DNA of 64,000 nucleotides, taken from the NCBI RefSeq assembly GCF_009914755.1, contig NC_060925.1; one strand, 5' to 3'. Of the stretch, positions 52,251 through 64,000 are shown one piece after another; position 1 is the stretch's first letter, and each line of letters begins with the position of its first letter. Source of the DNA: the human T2T-CHM13v2.0 reference genome, Homo sapiens. The notes beneath the pieces are model-generated. The model ran no database searches. It saw only the letters and a program-made list of their open reading frames with translations, and was not told the origin of the DNA. The position numbers and the translations under genes were made by a program.

Positions 52251-53024
52251 ATAAAAAAAGTGGGCTTCAGATCAGATTGGGACCTGTTGCTGGTCCCTCT
52301 GGGAGCCCAGCTGGTTGGCTTTCAGTTCCTAATGCAAGATGCTAGAGGAGCCAGCCAGCACAGTTGGGCCTGCAGGCACCACCCACTCAAGGTGCTCTGC
52401 TGGGCCCATGGGCTTCACAAAAGAATAACTGACTAGTAATTATCATCAGTTAGAAGCTCTGAGCACAAGCCTTTTCAGCACAGAAGTGGATCCTAGTTCT
52501 TAAAAGGATTTGCAGACTTGAACAAATGCCTTTCTTAATCAGTACAAATTGTTCCTTTAAATAGGTGGGAGCAATAGGTCCACTTCTTCTCCTTCCAGTT
52601 AGTGAGCAGAGTCAGCATCATTCCTGGGAGTCTGGACTCTCATTTGTGCTTCTGAGGTGTAGGTGATGGAGGTGGAGGTGGGGCTGGCATTGTGGGTGGC
52701 ATGAGGGACTCCTGTAGTCCTGGCTGGCCAGGAGGCACAAGACTGGAGCCAGCCCACTTAAGTATAGGCCTAACCTTTCATAAACGGTATCTCAAAGGAT
52801 GAGTCCTTAATCACTTTGGATTCAGTTTTCTCCCCTGTTACTGAGAATAATGATCAATTCTACCCTACTACGTAGGACTGTCCTAGCAATTGAATAGGAG
52901 AATGTGTGTTTTCAGGATTCCCTTGTGGAGAAACCCCAGCCCTCTCTATAATTCTGCCCACCCTGGGCCATTATCTTCATTTCCAGAACTGGAAACAGAC
53001 CTGCATCCAAGCCAGCAAGAGATG

Positions 53025-53028
<4 letters not shown>

Positions 53029-53070
<42 letters not shown>
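53029..53070. repeat. (AC)21 perfect microsatellite
   Basis: direct reading. Confidence 0.97.
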
Positions 53071-53072
<2 letters not shown>

Positions 53073-53696
53073 CAAAAACCCAGTTGATTCTATATTGACA
53101 TGCCTTCTCTCCTCCTGTTGTACCCACGTATCCATGGCCCAGCTGTTTGTCTCTTTAGGTCACCATCTCTGTTTAGGTGCAGAGGTAGATTTATCTGATG
53201 ATGCAGTATTGGAGCTGTTCCGACTTTCTCCATTTTCCAGCCTTGTCACCGGGACCTCCCTCCACTCCTTCTGTCCAAGGCTGAGCTCTCCCGGGTGCAC
53301 TCCCAGTGGCCCCTCACCCCTTTCTAGCCCCAGCCATGCCTCCTTTGTCTGTGTCCCTTTGTTCAGGCAAAAGTCAGAAGTGAAGAGAAGCTGAAATTTC
53401 TATGCCCTGAAGGGGACCCCTTCTAATCAGGCAAAGAAACTGGAATGCCCACAGCACTGACACATGCATTGTCAACTGGGCTGACCAGTGTTACTGATGG
53501 TGTGATTATCATAACCCTGATGAGACTCCTGGATGGCCCAGAGTGCACACTGGTTTGTGGGCTCTGCTCTGCAGAAAGGAGAAAGAGCGGGGAAGGTGGA
53601 TGGGGGAAAGAGGGATTAGAATGAATACCCATCGGGATGGCATCTCTTACCCTCCAAAAAGAGAGGACATATGATGGAAGAATCAAACTAAAGTCA

Positions 53697-54025
<329 letters not shown>

Positions 54026-54032
54026 GAGTATA

Positions 54033-54361
54033 TAGTAGTCCCCCTTACCTGTGGTTTCACTCTGTGATTTCAGTTACCCATGGTCAATCACAGTCTGAAA
54101 ATAGGTGAATACAGTACAATAAGATATTTTGAGAGAGAAGAGAGATATACCTTTTATTATAGTATATTGCTATCATTGTTCTATTTTATTATTAGTTGTT
54201 GTTGTAATCTCTTACTGTGCCTGATTTATAAATTCGACTTTATCATAGGTATGTATGTATAGGAAAGCACATAGCATATCTAGGAGTCCAATTCAATCTG
54301 TGGTTTCAGGATCCACTGGGGGTCTTGGAATGTGCCCCCGTGGATAAGGGGGGGACTACTG
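54033..54361. mobile_element. MER44A TcMar-Tigger element
   Basis: TIRs (t)agtagtcccccttacctgtgg and ccgtggataaggggggggactactg, flanked by TA. Confidence 0.88.
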
Positions 54362-54549
54362 TAAATTACAGAACATCCCAAGAAAATTTGTAAGTGAATA
54401 TTTCATTCCAGTATAGAACAAGACCAGGGTAAAGCCTAAAATAATCACCTGCTTCCTCCCTCAACTCTTAGTGTTGCCTCGAGACTTATTCAGGGGTCTT
54501 AGAAGTTTGACCTCTCTGAACAGAGTGAAGCATTAGCAAAAGGAGCTTG

Positions 54550-55140
54550 TGAGGCTAACATTTCATCTGTGCAAAAAGCCCTCATGGTTACACACATTAT
54601 TTTGTTTGAAACCCTCATAACTCTTGGGATGAACCAGGGCCAGAATTATGATGATTACTCCCGTTTTTCAGATTTGGAAACGCAGGCCAGGTTCCCTGAG
54701 ATCATTTGGTTAGTGATTAGCAGAGTCGGAACCAGAACTGAGTGCCTGCTCCGCTACACCAAGACTGCTTGCCCAGGGTCTGTTAATATCTTCAGATTTT
54801 TCTTGATGCATGATTGTTGGCCTAATCTCAATTTCAACAATGATCTTTTACTGAAAAACAGGCTTCCCCAGAGGATAAGCAGGCCCATGGGGTCATTCAG
54901 AGGAAGATTCTGCTGACAATGATCAAGTGCCCACAAAGCGTCAGCACCAGGCGGAGTCTGTTCACAGATATTTAACACTCACCGCTACTCGGGAAAGTAC
55001 TTATTATGCCCATTTACAGATGGGGTTGGAGATGTTGGGGAACCTTATGCAAAGTCATACAAAAGCAAAGAGGCAAAGCCAGGATTCAGGGCCAGTTTAC
55101 ATTTTCCCTCACACTCACCCAAGTTTCTCTGCACTCCAGA
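54550..55140 (-). mobile_element. two MIR fragments
   Basis: cccgtttttcagatttggaaac...; cccattttacagatgggg...caaagtcatac. Confidence 0.65.
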
Positions 55141-55219
55141 AAGAACGCTAGACGTTATCCTAAGAAATGTTTATTTACATATTTAAAAAAACAGACTTGG
55201 CACCTATAGTAAAATCTAC

Positions 55220-56140
55220 AGCCTTTCCATGGCCCAGGCAGGACCCCCTGCCTATCTTTCGAAGTGCATCTTGTATCCCTCTTTCTTCATACAGGACACT
55301 CAGGTGTTACAAAATTTCTTCCCTCAAGAACTTGGCATTGCTGTATCCTCTCCCTGTGGGTTAGTCTATTCATGTTGCCATAAAGGAATACCTGATGCTG
55401 GGTAATTTTTTAAAGAAAAGCTGTTTATTTGGTTCATGGTTCTGCAGGCTGTATGAGAACCATGGCACCACCATCTACTTCTGGTGAGGGCCCAGGCTGC
55501 TTCCACTCATGGCAGTAGGTAAAGGGGAGCCAGTGTGTGCAGATCACGTGGCAAGAGAGGACACAAGACCGAGGAGGAGGTGCCAGGCTCTTTTCAACAA
55601 CCCATCTCGCAAGAACTAATAGAGTGAGAACCCACTTGCTTCCCCACCTCCTGCCCCTGCAGGGAGGGCACCAAGCCATCCATGAGGGATTCACCTCCAT
55701 GACCCAAGTACCTCCTATTGGGCCCTACCTCCAACATTAGGGATCAAATTTCAACATAGGGTTTGGTGGGACAAACATCTAAACGACAGCATCCTGGAAC
55801 CCCCTTTCCTTGAAATATTTGCATGGATAGCTCCTTCTCATTCATTAGTTGTCAACTCACTTATTATCCTCTCAAAGGGGCTCCCCTCAACCCCATCTAC
55901 ATTGGTGCCCCCATCCCAAATCATCACCTAGTTTATTATCCAATCTTTTATTTTCTTATTGTCTTCTTATCATTATCTGAAATTATCTTACTAATTTTTT
56001 GTTTGTTCCCTGGGTGTTTCCCTTACTGGATTGCAAATTTCTTCTCTATCTTGATACCTGCTATATTTAAGGGCCTAGAGAAGTGCCTAACGCACACCAG
56101 GTGTGCTGAAAAGATTTGTTGGATAAAAACTGAATGGATG
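55220..56140 (+). mobile_element. L2 3' portion split by an MSTB LTR
   Basis: ttgctgtatcctctccctg|gaac...gcatggatagctccttctcattcattag...aagtgcctaacgcac...ttgttggataaaaactgaatg. Confidence 0.72.
55357..55791 (-). mobile_element. MSTB1-like solo LTR
   Basis: gttgccataaaggaatacctga...catgagggattcacctccatgacccaa...ggatcaaatttcaacat; near-TSD ccctg/tcctg. Confidence 0.85.
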
Positions 56141-56199
56141 AGATTTTATGCCTTGGGACAATGTTACCCTGATCGCCATCTTGACCAGGGCTCTTCTTT

Positions 56200-56720
56200 A
56201 GCAATGACAGAATTTCTTTTTTCTTTCTTAATAAAGCTCATTAAAAGCAGTCTTACCTTCAAAGCAGGTGTTACTTTAAACAGGGTGGTTTAATTAAAGC
56301 AATGACGTGAAGGTGCAAAGCAGCCTCTACCTTGCTGCCTTACTCTGGTCTGGAAGGAGAGAGAGTCTGTAAATAGGTGTGTGACCCTCAGAAAGATCCA
56401 TCCTGCTTTCTGCAATAATGTAAAAAGAAAACTTTCAAATACCACAATTTGCAAATGAAGACCTTTAAAATAATGGGACGGCAGCTCTGGAATGGGATTA
56501 TTAGGATAATGCGATGTTTAAGTGGGCGCTTTTCCTCTCAAGGACCTGCCTGAATTCTGCTGAGCTCATTCCACGAGAGACCTCAGAGAGATCAGTTATG
56601 ACTTTTATTAAAGTCAAACCAATACCTGTATTCGCAGCCGCCTGGAGGAAATTTCTTTCTGTAACTCTGATTGAAGTTTAATGGGAACTACACAAAGAAA
56701 ATTTACTTAACCTCCTCACC
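56200..56720. promoter_or_regulatory. candidate conserved enhancer (island 7)
   Basis: TTTAATTAAA 56289-56298, TGACGT 56303-56308, ATTTGCAAAT 56447-56456, GGATTA, TGACTTT-tatt-AAAGTCA 56599-56616. Confidence 0.45.
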
Positions 56721-57555
56721 CATCTCTTCCACGGTGGAAGTCTGTTCATCACGTGTTCTGCTCCCAGGAGACACTATCAAAGATAGCACTTCTCAATTTC
56801 ATAATATTTTTCAGAGTAAAAGAGGGAAGACAGCTGCAGACCCCAACTACTCCAGAATGCCATGTAGTCGATGTCTGATTTCACTTACAGGAACAATGCA
56901 CAGACATTTTTCTGAAGGGTGTGCACATTAGTATTTTGCAGATTACAAAATAAAAGCATATGAACTACTAAGAAATTATGTTACATGCATGTGAAAGTAC
57001 ATGAATACAAAGTGCTGGCTAATATGCTTCTGATTTGTTCATATTGCTGGTCAACCTTAGCTCCCAGCCATAGGGCAAGACAGACACCTGCTCTTACACA
57101 GAAAATAAAAACCGTGAGTGGCACCTTTTTTTCAGGGAGAACTAGACATTATATATTAACATCTGTCATGTGTAGCACTTTATAGATGGAAAGTATTAAA
57201 CAGAACCCCACATTTTTCTATAAAATTTACACACACACAAAAAAACTGGATTAAAAACCTAGATGTATGATTTCTGTAAAATATAAAATAATGAGTATCT
57301 ACGTAACCATTACCTAAGTTGAGGAATAGGACATCGCCAACACCCAAAGCCTTCTATGAACCCCTTCATGGTCACCATTGTTCCTTGCCTTCTGACTTTC
57401 ATTGTAATTCCTTGTTTGCTTTATTTGACAGTTTTTTCACCTAAGATGCTTTCCTAGACAATATTGTTTAGTGTTTACAAAATCAAATGTCATAAAGAAT
57501 GTACTCTTTTGAGTCTGGCTACTTTGCTCAACATTTTGTTTTTAAGAGTCACCCA

Positions 57556-57771
57556 GACCAGCCTGGCCAACATGGCAAAACCCCGTCTCTACTAAAAGTA
57601 CAAAAATTAGCCAGGCTTGGTGGTGGGCGCCTGTAATCCCAGCTACTCAGGAGGCTGAGGCAGGAGAAGCTTGAACCCAGGAGGCGGAAGTTGCAGTGAG
57701 CCAAGATCGCGCCATTGCACTCTAGCCCGGGCGACAAGAGCAAGACTCCGTCTTAACAACAACAACAACAA
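57556..57771 (+). mobile_element. 5'-truncated AluS with (AAC)n tail
   Basis: starts at gaccagcctggccaac; TSD agtcaccca at 57547-57555 and 57772-57780. Confidence 0.92.
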
Positions 57772-57991
57772 AGTCACCCAAGGACTCTTAAAAGAGTGTG
57801 TTATTTGTACTATAGGGATCATTCAATTTGCCGTTTGATATTCAGTGGATACATACACCGTGGTTTATTTACGTAGTGTCTTGTTGATGGATATTTGCAT
57901 TTGGGTTGTTTTCAGTTTGGGTCTACTACAAATGATCCTGCAGTAATATTCTTGTACCCATATTTTGGCATACATCTGCATGAGTTTCTCT

Positions 57992-58195
57992 AGTAGCAGT
58001 TGACTAAATCTGGCCCACCACTTGTATTTGTAAGTAAACTTTATTGGAATATAGTCATTCAAATTTGTTTACACATCATTGATGGCTGTTTTTGCACTAT
58101 TTATGCAGAATTGAGTAGTTGCAATGGAAAAATCAGGACCTGCAAAGCCGACAATATTTACTAACTGGCCCTTTTCAGAAGTTTGCCATCTCCTG
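57992..58195 (+). mobile_element. MER58A
   Basis: aaatctggcccacc...tttattggaa...gcagaattgagtagttgca...ctggcccttttcagaagtttgccatctcctg. Confidence 0.82.
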
Positions 58196-58690
58196 CTGTA
58201 GGGTTTATATTTATGAGGAAATTGTAGGGTTACAGGGTTTGCCTATGTTCAACCTTACTAGATACTACCAAGTTTATTTCAACAAACTTCTTTTTACATT
58301 TTTTAGCATTTTATTATGAAAAGATTGTTTCAATGTTCAGTATGGCATATTCAAGACATGTTATTACTATACAACTTTAGAAATTCATCAAAAAGGATGA
58401 AAAACTACTAATTATTCTAACTACCCTTCATTTCAGACTGTGGCTGAACATTTAGTGGAAAACAAGGCTTATGGCACATCAGTTTTCTCAACTGTAGTAG
58501 AAAATTCTCATTGTCTGATCTGTTTGGTGGGATTGCCAATCCCTTGCTATTTTAACGTACTTTCTGTATCCCAGATGGCTTCTATTACAATTTTATCCTA
58601 TCTGTGAGAGTCCTATATAACGTGTTTAGACCTGTGTGAGCCATTATACCCAGCAGCCATTAAGTGGGAAGATGTGCAAGTCTTCAGTCA

Positions 58691-59044
<354 letters not shown>

Positions 59045-59659
59045 TTAGGATGTGAAGCAGAGAGGCTTCGTTGTCTCTTGATCTTTTCCTTACCATCTTC
59101 TAAAGTTTCTCCTCCATCGTTAATTGTAGCTTCTTCACATTGCTAGGATTCTAACACCAGGTCACTCATGCTACTTTCAGCTTCTGTGAATTTTACCTCC
59201 CCATCCCCTTTCCTGTAAACCAGTGAAGGAAGGCCTTCCGGCAACGATGGCAGAAAACTGTTCTCAGATGCATTTAAAACACCTATGCATAATAGTGCTC
59301 TTGTCAATAAGCATGAATACCACCTTGAGCCCCAGGAAGAGGCGCCTCACATAATCACCTGGAGTCATGGAGGAGGGGCACCCCACGTGGCCACCTTGAT
59401 ACTGTTGGGTAACCACTCCACAAAGTACTCTGCTCTGTTCTAAGTGGTCAGCATCTGCTCTTCCACCTTTTTTTTTTTTTTTTTTTTGTGGACATGGGAC
59501 CCTGGAAGGCCCTGAGCATAGTGAGGGAGGGCCCGTGTCTTGGCTCATGGGCTGCAAACTTATGCTTAGCATGGAACATTTGCCGAATGTGTTCTGGCTC
59601 TGTGAGGGCACTGTATCGCCAATTGCCTCTGGCTCTCAAGGAGGCAAAGTTGGCATGAA

Positions 59660-60065
59660 GAGTTTGTTTTCTTTCTCATTATAAGAAATTGCGAGGTATA
59701 TAGTCCTGGGTTTGTATGGCAGTTTGACTATCATCAGGGATTCAGACCACCTTCCATCTTTCTCCTCTGCCATCCTTAGCCAAGGAATCCATCCTTAAAT
59801 TGGAGCTTTAGCCATCAACTCTGCCCTCCAGGTGGCAGTTAGAAGGAGGGTAGAGAGGGCCCAAAAGTGTATTCAGCTTCCTTCCCCCTCTTTAAGAGAC
59901 TTCCAGGAAGTTCTACCCAACAACTTCCATTTACTTCTCTTTGGCCAGAACTTAGGCTGTGGCTCTTCCTAGCTATAAAGGGAGGTGGGAGATACAGTCT
60001 TTTTGTTATGTATATTATCACATTGCGTAAAACCAAGAAGGGAAGAATGGGTATTGGATAGGAAA
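59660..60065 (-). mobile_element. MLT1J-like LTR
   Basis: ctctgccatccttagc...ttccatttacttctctttggccagaacttagg...cctagctataaagggagg. Confidence 0.65.
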
Positions 60066-60084
60066 ATAAAAGTCTCTACTACAA

Positions 60085-60430
60085 GGAAGAATGTCCTGGC
60101 ACCCAAGGCAAGAGAGCAGCTGGGTCTACAACTAGGGTCAGTGACGTTAGCAAAGGAGGCAGCTTCTCTCTCCTCATCTCTTTATGGGGGACACATAGTC
60201 TCTTGCTTTGTACTCCTCTCTTACAAGCCTGCTTTTTCTGCAGCCTGTGGTTTCTGCTCCCTATAACTTCATCCTGAGTGGGATGTTGCACATAGAACCT
60301 ACTCCATCCTTGACTGTACATTTCAACTCAAATTCCTATCATTGCCCAGAGGTGCTGATTCTAAATTCTGGAGTCAGGCAGTTTGATTGGTCCATGGCTG
60401 GCCTTTGAATAAGTGTCCAGATCTGGTCTA
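60085..60430 (-). mobile_element. MLT1K/L-like LTR fragment
   Basis: diverged; tgattggtccatggc...aagtgtccagatctggtc. Confidence 0.35.
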
Positions 60431-61749
60431 GACACATGTCGGGGAAAGGGAAAGCCAAGAACAAGCAGAATATGGAGTGGACCCTTCGAGGTTGGACAGG
60501 CTGCAGGCAAAGCAAGTAATTATATGTTCAAGTCATATGCCTTTTTGTGGCAATGATTATTAAAGGTTTTATAGTATTCTATCTCAAACTTTGACATGGT
60601 GGGAGAAAAACAATTATTTTAAGGTTGCCAGCTGAAAGTTTACCTGCAGGTGGTTCTGGATTTTAAAATTGATGAAGCTGAGAAACTTCCATTTAGAGAA
60701 TAATAGAAAGTTTCTGCTTCTACGGGGAAATAGGAATTTGGGGTGGGGAGAAGACCTTTCATTTTCTGAGAAGGTCCATTAAGAGAGGCCTTTCAGTCTA
60801 TGCACTGAACAACAACACTATATTGCAGATGTCAGGTCAGTATGTACACCTCACTGTTCACGGATTAACACTGAACCAGTGACATCGTTCAAATATACAC
60901 TGAGATGCTGAGTGTTTTGAACAGTACTGTAGATCAGCTGTATCATGAGCAAGTTCAGGCCCTTTTAGATTGCTTTTCTAAACATAGATTTAAAAAGGAT
61001 AATTTATCAAAGTCTTCATTCATTTCTTAGGAGACGTCTCTGTATTTTTTTTCAAGTATATGCTCTTGAGATCATGAGCCCATATTAAACAGAAAGGAAT
61101 GTACATGCCTGATCTTCTTTTCATCTCACATTGGAAGTGAAAGACTATGAAAAGGAACTGGAGGAGATTTGATACAGTCTTTGGGAAATATACTGTTGAC
61201 CATGTGACGGCCAGCCAGGTCATAGGGCCCAGACTCAACCTAGGAATGAAGGTGGGATATCTGTCTACTTTGTAGGAGATAGAGGGTCTTACTGTCAATC
61301 TCTTGGGAAGGAAATGAGGTAGGCCTCAGATTGGGAGAAAGGAGAATCTCAGTCTTTCCAGGGCCTGTAGTTTATAGAGAAGGACATGGTCAAAGGAACT
61401 TCCCATCTGTGGAGGTAAGCTGGCCCAGAAACATGCTAGTAATTCTAGAGTTAGAAAGCAAAATGGCCAGGGATGACTTCTATGGAAGGCATGATTTGTT
61501 GGACCGTAGGTATATCTGATATTCAGTTTTAACTTTTTCTTTTCTTTTGCTAGCCTCAGACTTGCACATCTGCACGTATTTCTACCCACTTCCCCTGCCC
61601 CCCAGCACTCTTACTGTGCTGAGTATTCTTTGGGAGAATTAATGGAAGGTTCTGTGTCCAGGCTTAGGGCAAAGCAGTAAAGAACAACTAGGAGCAGCCT
61701 GAAGAAGTAGCTTTAGAATAGCAAAAGATGACCTGAGAGAAGCCCCTAG

Positions 61750-64000
61750 TAAGAGGTGACAATCAATGACTATTATCATTTAAATATCTTTAATATAATT
61801 GCCTGTTCAAAACAAAAATAATAATAATGCATTGTGAGGTGTGATGTAGAAATCAGATGTATGACAAGAGTAGCACAATAGCTGGCAGAGAAGAAATGGA
61901 ATTATATTTTTAAGGTTCATATATTACATATGTAGTATACTTTTTAAAGGTAGAATGTAGTAAGTTAAAAATGTATACTGTAAACTCTAAAGCAATTAGT
62001 AATACTACATAACAAAGAGTTATAGTTAACTAAGCCAACAAAGAAGAAAAATGAAATAATAAAAACAAACTCAATTAATTCAAAAGAAGGCAGACAAAAA
62101 AGAAAAAGAGAAAAAAGACTATCTGGGATAAACAGAAAACAAAATAGATAGCAGACTTAAACCCAGTGTATTAGTCTGTTTTTTCATGCTGCTGATAAAG
62201 ACATACCCGAGACTGGGCAATTTACAAAGGAAAGAGGTATAATGGAGAACTCACAGTTCCATGTGGCTGGGGAAGCCTCACAATCGTGGCAGAAGGCAAG
62301 GAGGAACAAGCCACATGTTACGTGGATGGTGGCAGGCAAAGAGAGCTTGTGCAGGGCAACTCCTGTTTTTAAAACCACCAGATCTCATGAGACCCATTCA
62401 CTATCATGAGAACAGCACGAGAAAGACCCATCCCCATAATTCAGTCATCTCCCACCAGGTCCCTCCCACAACATGTGGGAATTCTGGGAGCTACAAGATG
62501 AGATTTGGGTGGGGACACAGAGCTAAACTATATCACCCAGTACTGTAAATAAAAACACTAAGTGGTCTAAACATCCCAATTAAAAGGCAGAGATTAACTG
62601 ATTCGATTAAAAAAAAACAAGACTCAGCTATATGATATCTATAAGAACCCCACTTTAGATATAAAGACACAAATAGGTTAAACATAAAAGGCTAGAAAAA
62701 CACACATCATGCTAACCCAAATAAAAAAAAAGTTAGAAAGTCTACGTTGAAATCAAAGTAGATTTCAGAGCAGAAAAAATTATCAGGAATAAAGAGCATT
62801 ATTTCATAATGCTAAAAAGTGCAATTTTTCAATAATATGCAATAATTGTAAATGTTTATGCACCTAAGAGAAGAACAACAAAACACACAAAGTAAAAGCT
62901 AGTAGAACTTCAAGGAGAAATAGACAAATCCACAATAATCAAAGATTTCAATAATCCACTCTCAAAAATGTTTAGACATTTTTGAGACAGACAGGAACAC
63001 AATAAGGATATAGAAGATTTAAACAGCACTATCAACCAACTTACTGACATATATAGAACATTCCACCCAATAACAGAAAAATATACATTGTTTTTAAGTC
63101 TACAGGGAACATTCACCATGATAGGCCATATTATGGACCAGAAAACAAGTCTCATACAGTTAAAAGGAGTCATCAAATTATGTTCTCATTTCACAATTAA
63201 GTTAAATATCAGTAAGTTGTTAAGAAATAAGTAACAGATATATGAAAAGTCCCCAAATATTTGTAAGTTACACTCATGCTTTTAAATAACCCATAGCTTA
63301 AAGAAGCAACAAAAAAGAAAATTAGGAAGAATTTGGCCTGAATATAAACAAAAATGTACCATATCAAAATTGTGAGATTCAACTAAAGCAGTACATACAG
63401 AGAAATTCTTAACATTAAAATTCTATATTAAAAGAAAAAAAAGGTCTCAATCAATGGCCTCAGCTTCCGCTTTAAAAAACTAGAAAACAAAGAGCAAATG
63501 AAAGCCAAAATAAGCAGAAGAAGAGAGATAATAAAAATCAGCATTGAAATCAATGAAATAGAAAATGAAAACAACTAAGAAAATCAATTAAACCAAGAGC
63601 TGGTTTTGAGACAATCATAAAATTGACAAATCTCTAGCAAGAGACAGATCAAGAAAAAAAAGAGAAGATACGACTTTATTATTTATTAGAAAAATGCAAA
63701 TTTAAGCCACAATGAAAAACCTCTACACATCTATTGGAAAGTCTAAAATTAAAAAGACTAACCATGCCAAGTATTGGCAAAGACTTGGAACAACTGAAAC
63801 CTTTATACACTGCTGATGGGGATGCAAAATGTAGAACTACTTTGAAAAGAGCCAACAGTTTCTGAAAAGGTTAAATATCCACCTACCATATAACCTAGCC
63901 TCTGCTTGTAGTCACTGAGGGAAAATAAAAGCATATGTTCATACAAAAACCTGTGCATAAATGTTCACAGTAACTTTATCATAGTCAAAAACTGGAAACA
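61750..64000 (+). mobile_element. old L1M (inter-ORF region, ORF2 endonuclease, then ORF2 C-terminus), runs off window
   Basis: A-rich; ccaattaaaaggcagagatt, aaagtagatttcagagca, aaatgtttatgcaccta, gatttaaacagcactatcaaccaac are L1 ORF2 landmarks. Confidence 0.9.
62167..62535 (-). mobile_element. THE1B solo LTR inserted in L1
   Basis: tgtattagtctgtttt...gctgctgataaagacatacccgagac...aaactatatca; perfect 5-bp TSD cccag at 62162-62166 and 62536-62540. Confidence 0.93.

Larger units (their letters stand above)
57200..58280 (-). mobile_element. old L1M 3' region split by an Alu and MER58
   Basis: gtactcttttgagtctggctactttgctcaacatt...gttgatggatatttg...gggttacagggtttgcctatgttcaacctt. Confidence 0.75.

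Noticed and set aside
59468-59487. Isolated T20 as an orphan retrotransposed tail
   Set aside because: No TSD or attached element; treated as a simple mononucleotide run.

Overview
This is primate, almost certainly human, non-coding genomic DNA: it carries a near-pristine AluYb8, a subfamily that is essentially human-specific. I find no protein-coding gene, RNA gene, CpG island, processed pseudogene or CRISPR array. The ORF track is noise from repeats and random sequence, apart from degraded L1 ORF2 endonuclease remnants. Most of the window is a layered fossil record of transposable elements: L2, MIR, old L1M, about two dozen solo LTRs (MaLR, ERV1, ERVL), Alus and DNA-transposon MITEs, many nested and several with intact target-site duplications. 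About seven repeat-free islands of 200-550 bp, rich in homeodomain/TALE/SOX/FOX/TCF motifs, lie roughly 7-10 kb apart and look like conserved developmental enhancers. LTRs and L1s are skewed to the minus strand, hinting that the window lies in a long plus-strand intron. I cannot support a new biological system here. The best leads are the enhancer-like island array, the strand skew, the young AluYb8, the LTR8-type solo LTR and a few unexplained small structures. Repeat subfamily names come from recalled consensus sequences, boundaries of old repeats are approximate, and the locus cannot be named without a genome search.
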